Part shown: piece by piece, positions 61,592 through 64,000 of the stretch
How positions within the stretch are numbered: the first letter of the stretch is position 1
Layout of the letters: every line of letters starts with the position of its first letter
DNA from: Candidatus Bathyarchaeia archaeon
GTDB taxonomy: Archaea > Thermoproteota > Bathyarchaeia > Bathyarchaeales > Bathycorpusculaceae
Length of the DNA stretch: 64,000 bases
Assembly: GCA_050012255.1 (NCBI GenBank)
Contig: JBEKHN010000010.1
Span: 22,579-86,578 of the forward strand
Direction of reading: 5' to 3'
The notes under the pieces: model-generated
The model's input: the letters and a program-made list of their open reading frames with translations, nothing else
What the model was told of the DNA's origin: nothing
Databases searched by the model: none
Position numbers and translations under genes: made by a program

Positions 61592-62311
61592 TTGAACCAG
61601 ATCTTAGATGGCATAGTTAGAGCTCTTCAACTGATCTTTTCTGGTGATCCAACCGTCTATGGCGTTGTCTACCGTTCTCTTCTTTTTTCTGGAGTTGCAA
61701 CGATTCTTGCTGTACTCTGGGCAACACCGATCGCAATGCTGTTGGGCTTAAAGGATTTTCGAGGCAAGTCCATAATCAAAGGTTTCTTCACGACTTTGAT
61801 TGGCCTGCCCACAGTGGCTTTAGGCTTGTTTCTCTGGTTGATTCTTTCAAAGGCTGGACCATTGGGATTTCTGGGATTGCTTTATACTCCGGGAGCAATT
61901 ATCTTGGGCGAAGCTTTGCTTGTGACACCTCTGATTGTAAGCATTGCCACGAATGCGATTGAAGCTGTCGATCCAGAAATGATGAATCTTGCAAAAACTT
62001 TGGGGGCTTCCGAGTCTCAGGCTTCAATCGCCGTTTTGAAGGAAGCGATCAACGGGATCATTTTTTCTAATGTTGCAGGTTTCAATCGCGCGATTGCAGA
62101 GTTGGGAGTTGCCCTGATGGTGGGGGGCAACCTTGCCGGTTTCACTGACGTTCTGACAACGAACATTTCGACTCTCACTGCACGTGCTGACTTCTCCACG
62201 GCCATTGCCCTCGCCATAATTCTGCTCGTAATAGTTTTTGGCATAAATTTGATAATAGTTATTGCTAAGAACCCACAGGTGCTACTTGCCCTCGGCAGGA
62301 TGCCCCAATAA
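61592..62311 (+). CDS. tupB: Tungstate ABC permease
   Basis: GLPTV, GPLGFLGLLYTP, AELG..MVGGN. Confidence 0.92.
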   Translation: MNQILDGIVRALQLIFSGDPTVYGVVYRSLLFSGVATILAVLWATPIAMLLGLKDFRGKSIIKGFFTTLIGLPTVALGLFLWLILSKAGPLGFLGLLYTPGAIILGEALLVTPLIVSIATNAIEAVDPEMMNLAKTLGASESQASIAVLKEAINGIIFSNVAGFNRAIAELGVALMVGGNLAGFTDVLTTNISTLTARADFSTAIALAIILLVIVFGINLIIVIAKNPQVLLALGRMPQ

Positions 62312-62346
62312 AGCTTCGTTGAATGATGGTAGTCAGAGGCCAAGAA

Positions 62347-63408
62347 ATGACAGTGCTCGCAGAGTTAAGAAATTTGACGCAGTGCTTCGGCAGCAGGATT
62401 GTGTTGGAAAATTTAACGCTGCAAATTCAGGAAGGTGAAATACTGGCGTTGCTCGGGCCTAATGGGTCTGGAAAAACCACTCTCCTAAAGGTTCTCGCCT
62501 TCCTTCTAAAACCTAAAAGCGGAGAAATCAAATTTCAAGACGAAATAGTCACAGACAAGAATTCAGAAAGAATGCGTTTGCAGAGTGCATTGGTGTTTCA
62601 GAAAACAGTGCTCTTTAGCACTTCTGTATTTAATAATGTTTCTTACGGTTTGAAAATGCGAAAAATGCCCAAAGCAGTGATTGAGGAAGAAGTAAGGAAA
62701 GCATTGAAACTCGTGAAGTTGGAGGGATTCGAGAAGCGTTCGGCTAAGAGACTCTCAGGTGGAGAGCAACAAAGAGTGGCATTAGCCAGAGCCTTAGTTT
62801 TGAAAACTAGGCTGCTTCTCTTAGACGAACCCACTGCAAACTTGGATCCCAAGAACGCTTCGATAATTGAGGAGGTCATCGTAACTGTCAATCGGGAGCT
62901 GAAGACTACCATTGTGATGGCCACTCATAACATGTTCCAAGCCAAAGCAATACCTCACCGTGTCGCCCTGATAGACCAGGGCAGAATAACCGAAATTGGA
63001 ACATCAGCAGATATTTTCGGCAGGCTTTCTAGGAATCTGGCCAGTTTTGCCGCGGTCGACAACACTTTCGTGGGAATCGCAAGAATCACGGATACGGGCA
63101 CAACAATCGTGGATGTGGGCAATGGCGTGCAAATCGAAGCAGCACTTCAAAAACAAGGTGAAACCTCAATTTTCATAAGCCCCCAAGACATAATCCTATC
63201 TAAAAACCAAGTGACATCAAGCGCCAGAAACGTGTTTAAAGGCAGAATCATTCAAATCTCCGATTTAGGGTCGCTCGTTAAGCTCACTGTCGACATCGGA
63301 AAGCCTTTCGTGGTTCAAATAACCAAACGGTCCTTTGGTGAGATGGAGCTCAATTTAGAGAGCGAAGTTTTCATCGTCTTTAAAGCATCAAGCGTTCAGG
63401 CGATCTAG
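62347..63408 (+). CDS. tupC: Tungstate ABC ATPase with TOBE domain
   Basis: GPNGSGKT, LSGGE, LDEPT, SARN. Confidence 0.92.
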   Translation: MTVLAELRNLTQCFGSRIVLENLTLQIQEGEILALLGPNGSGKTTLLKVLAFLLKPKSGEIKFQDEIVTDKNSERMRLQSALVFQKTVLFSTSVFNNVSYGLKMRKMPKAVIEEEVRKALKLVKLEGFEKRSAKRLSGGEQQRVALARALVLKTRLLLLDEPTANLDPKNASIIEEVIVTVNRELKTTIVMATHNMFQAKAIPHRVALIDQGRITEIGTSADIFGRLSRNLASFAAVDNTFVGIARITDTGTTIVDVGNGVQIEAALQKQGETSIFISPQDIILSKNQVTSSARNVFKGRIIQISDLGSLVKLTVDIGKPFVVQITKRSFGEMELNLESEVFIVFKASSVQAI

Positions 63409-63907
63409 CTCGGTCCTTTCCTTTGACAACTCACGCAAAATGACTAGTGTTTTGCGCGTTGTTAGGAAAAAGAAAGTGATACCAGCGGTTCAAAAAACAT
63501 TATGTAAACTGCCCAGTCATAGTGTAAATTCCCATTTCCACCAATGAGTGGAGACATCTCCCGCGCAACCTCCCTTTTTCTCAAAAATTGAACTCTCCAG
63601 TGAAGAGCATTTAAAACGCGCCCGATTCTGAAGAGTACGGTAAAGAAGGGAGCAGAGCGGACTGCAGACCTATTGGTTCGTTTTTTCTTCAAGATTTTTC
63701 GACGACCGCCGCTGAGAATTCGTGTCTTGAGACTTGTCGAACGGACGACTTGACGATCGCGCACAAGCTCTCAAACGGCGAAGTCATCGTCAAGCGCATC
63801 TGCTGACCCACCCCCCCTAGTATTTTTTCCGAGCTTCAAAGAGTCTCCCTGCCGGAGTTTAAACGTCCGCCGACAGAGAGCGCGCTCCTGAAAAGCATAC
63901 GCAGCTC

Positions 63908-64000
63908 CTAAACCTTCTTTCCATATTCACGGAACTTTTTCCCGCAACACTCGTACTGCTTAACATGTATCTTTTTGTTCCTGCCCATATCCCACTCCTT
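63908..64000 (-). CDS. C-terminus of a small basic protein, possibly Cren7-like/zinc ribbon (5' end outside window)
   Basis: KEWDMGRNKKIHVKQYECCGKKFREYGKKV*; not in ORF track. Confidence 0.45.
   Translation of the reverse strand, partial: KEWDMGRNKKIHVKQYECCGKKFREYGKKV

Noticed and set aside
63462-63764. 100-aa minus-strand ORF after tupC
   Set aside because: No motif or convincing SD; composition not protein-like

Overview
A 64-kb archaeal chromosome segment, probably Bathyarchaeia (inferred from TBP, pelota, archaeal DnaG and PolB, DUF1512, intron-containing tRNA, a dockerin-tagged secreted protein and grpE-dnaK-dnaJ). The left part (~0-23 kb) is mostly core information processing: tbp, pelota, polB, dnaG, tyrS, pheST, trpS, map, 5S rRNA, a tRNA-Trp with two introns, plus a tungsten AOR. 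The rest is a patchwork of accessory genes and pseudogenes around hemL, rbr, grpE-dnaK-dnaJ and thrS, ending in a ModE-like gene and tupABC. Most notable: (1) a family of non-autonomous inverted-repeat elements with GCGCGC(AT/TA)GC..GTTCC ends, one nested inside a second element with a perfect 9-bp target duplication, plus GCGCGC scars at gene junctions; (2) dnaG has no ATG/GTG/TTG start, and it and a zinc-ribbon gene share SD + 7 nt + ACG; (3) a PolB with intact polymerase motifs but degenerate proofreading motifs; (4) a hidden in-frame start inside the ModE-like gene that would give a 68-aa molbindin; (5) a ~190-nt candidate ncRNA with its own promoter. No CRISPR array or intact integrase was seen. 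All calls are from reading the sequence; no searches were run.
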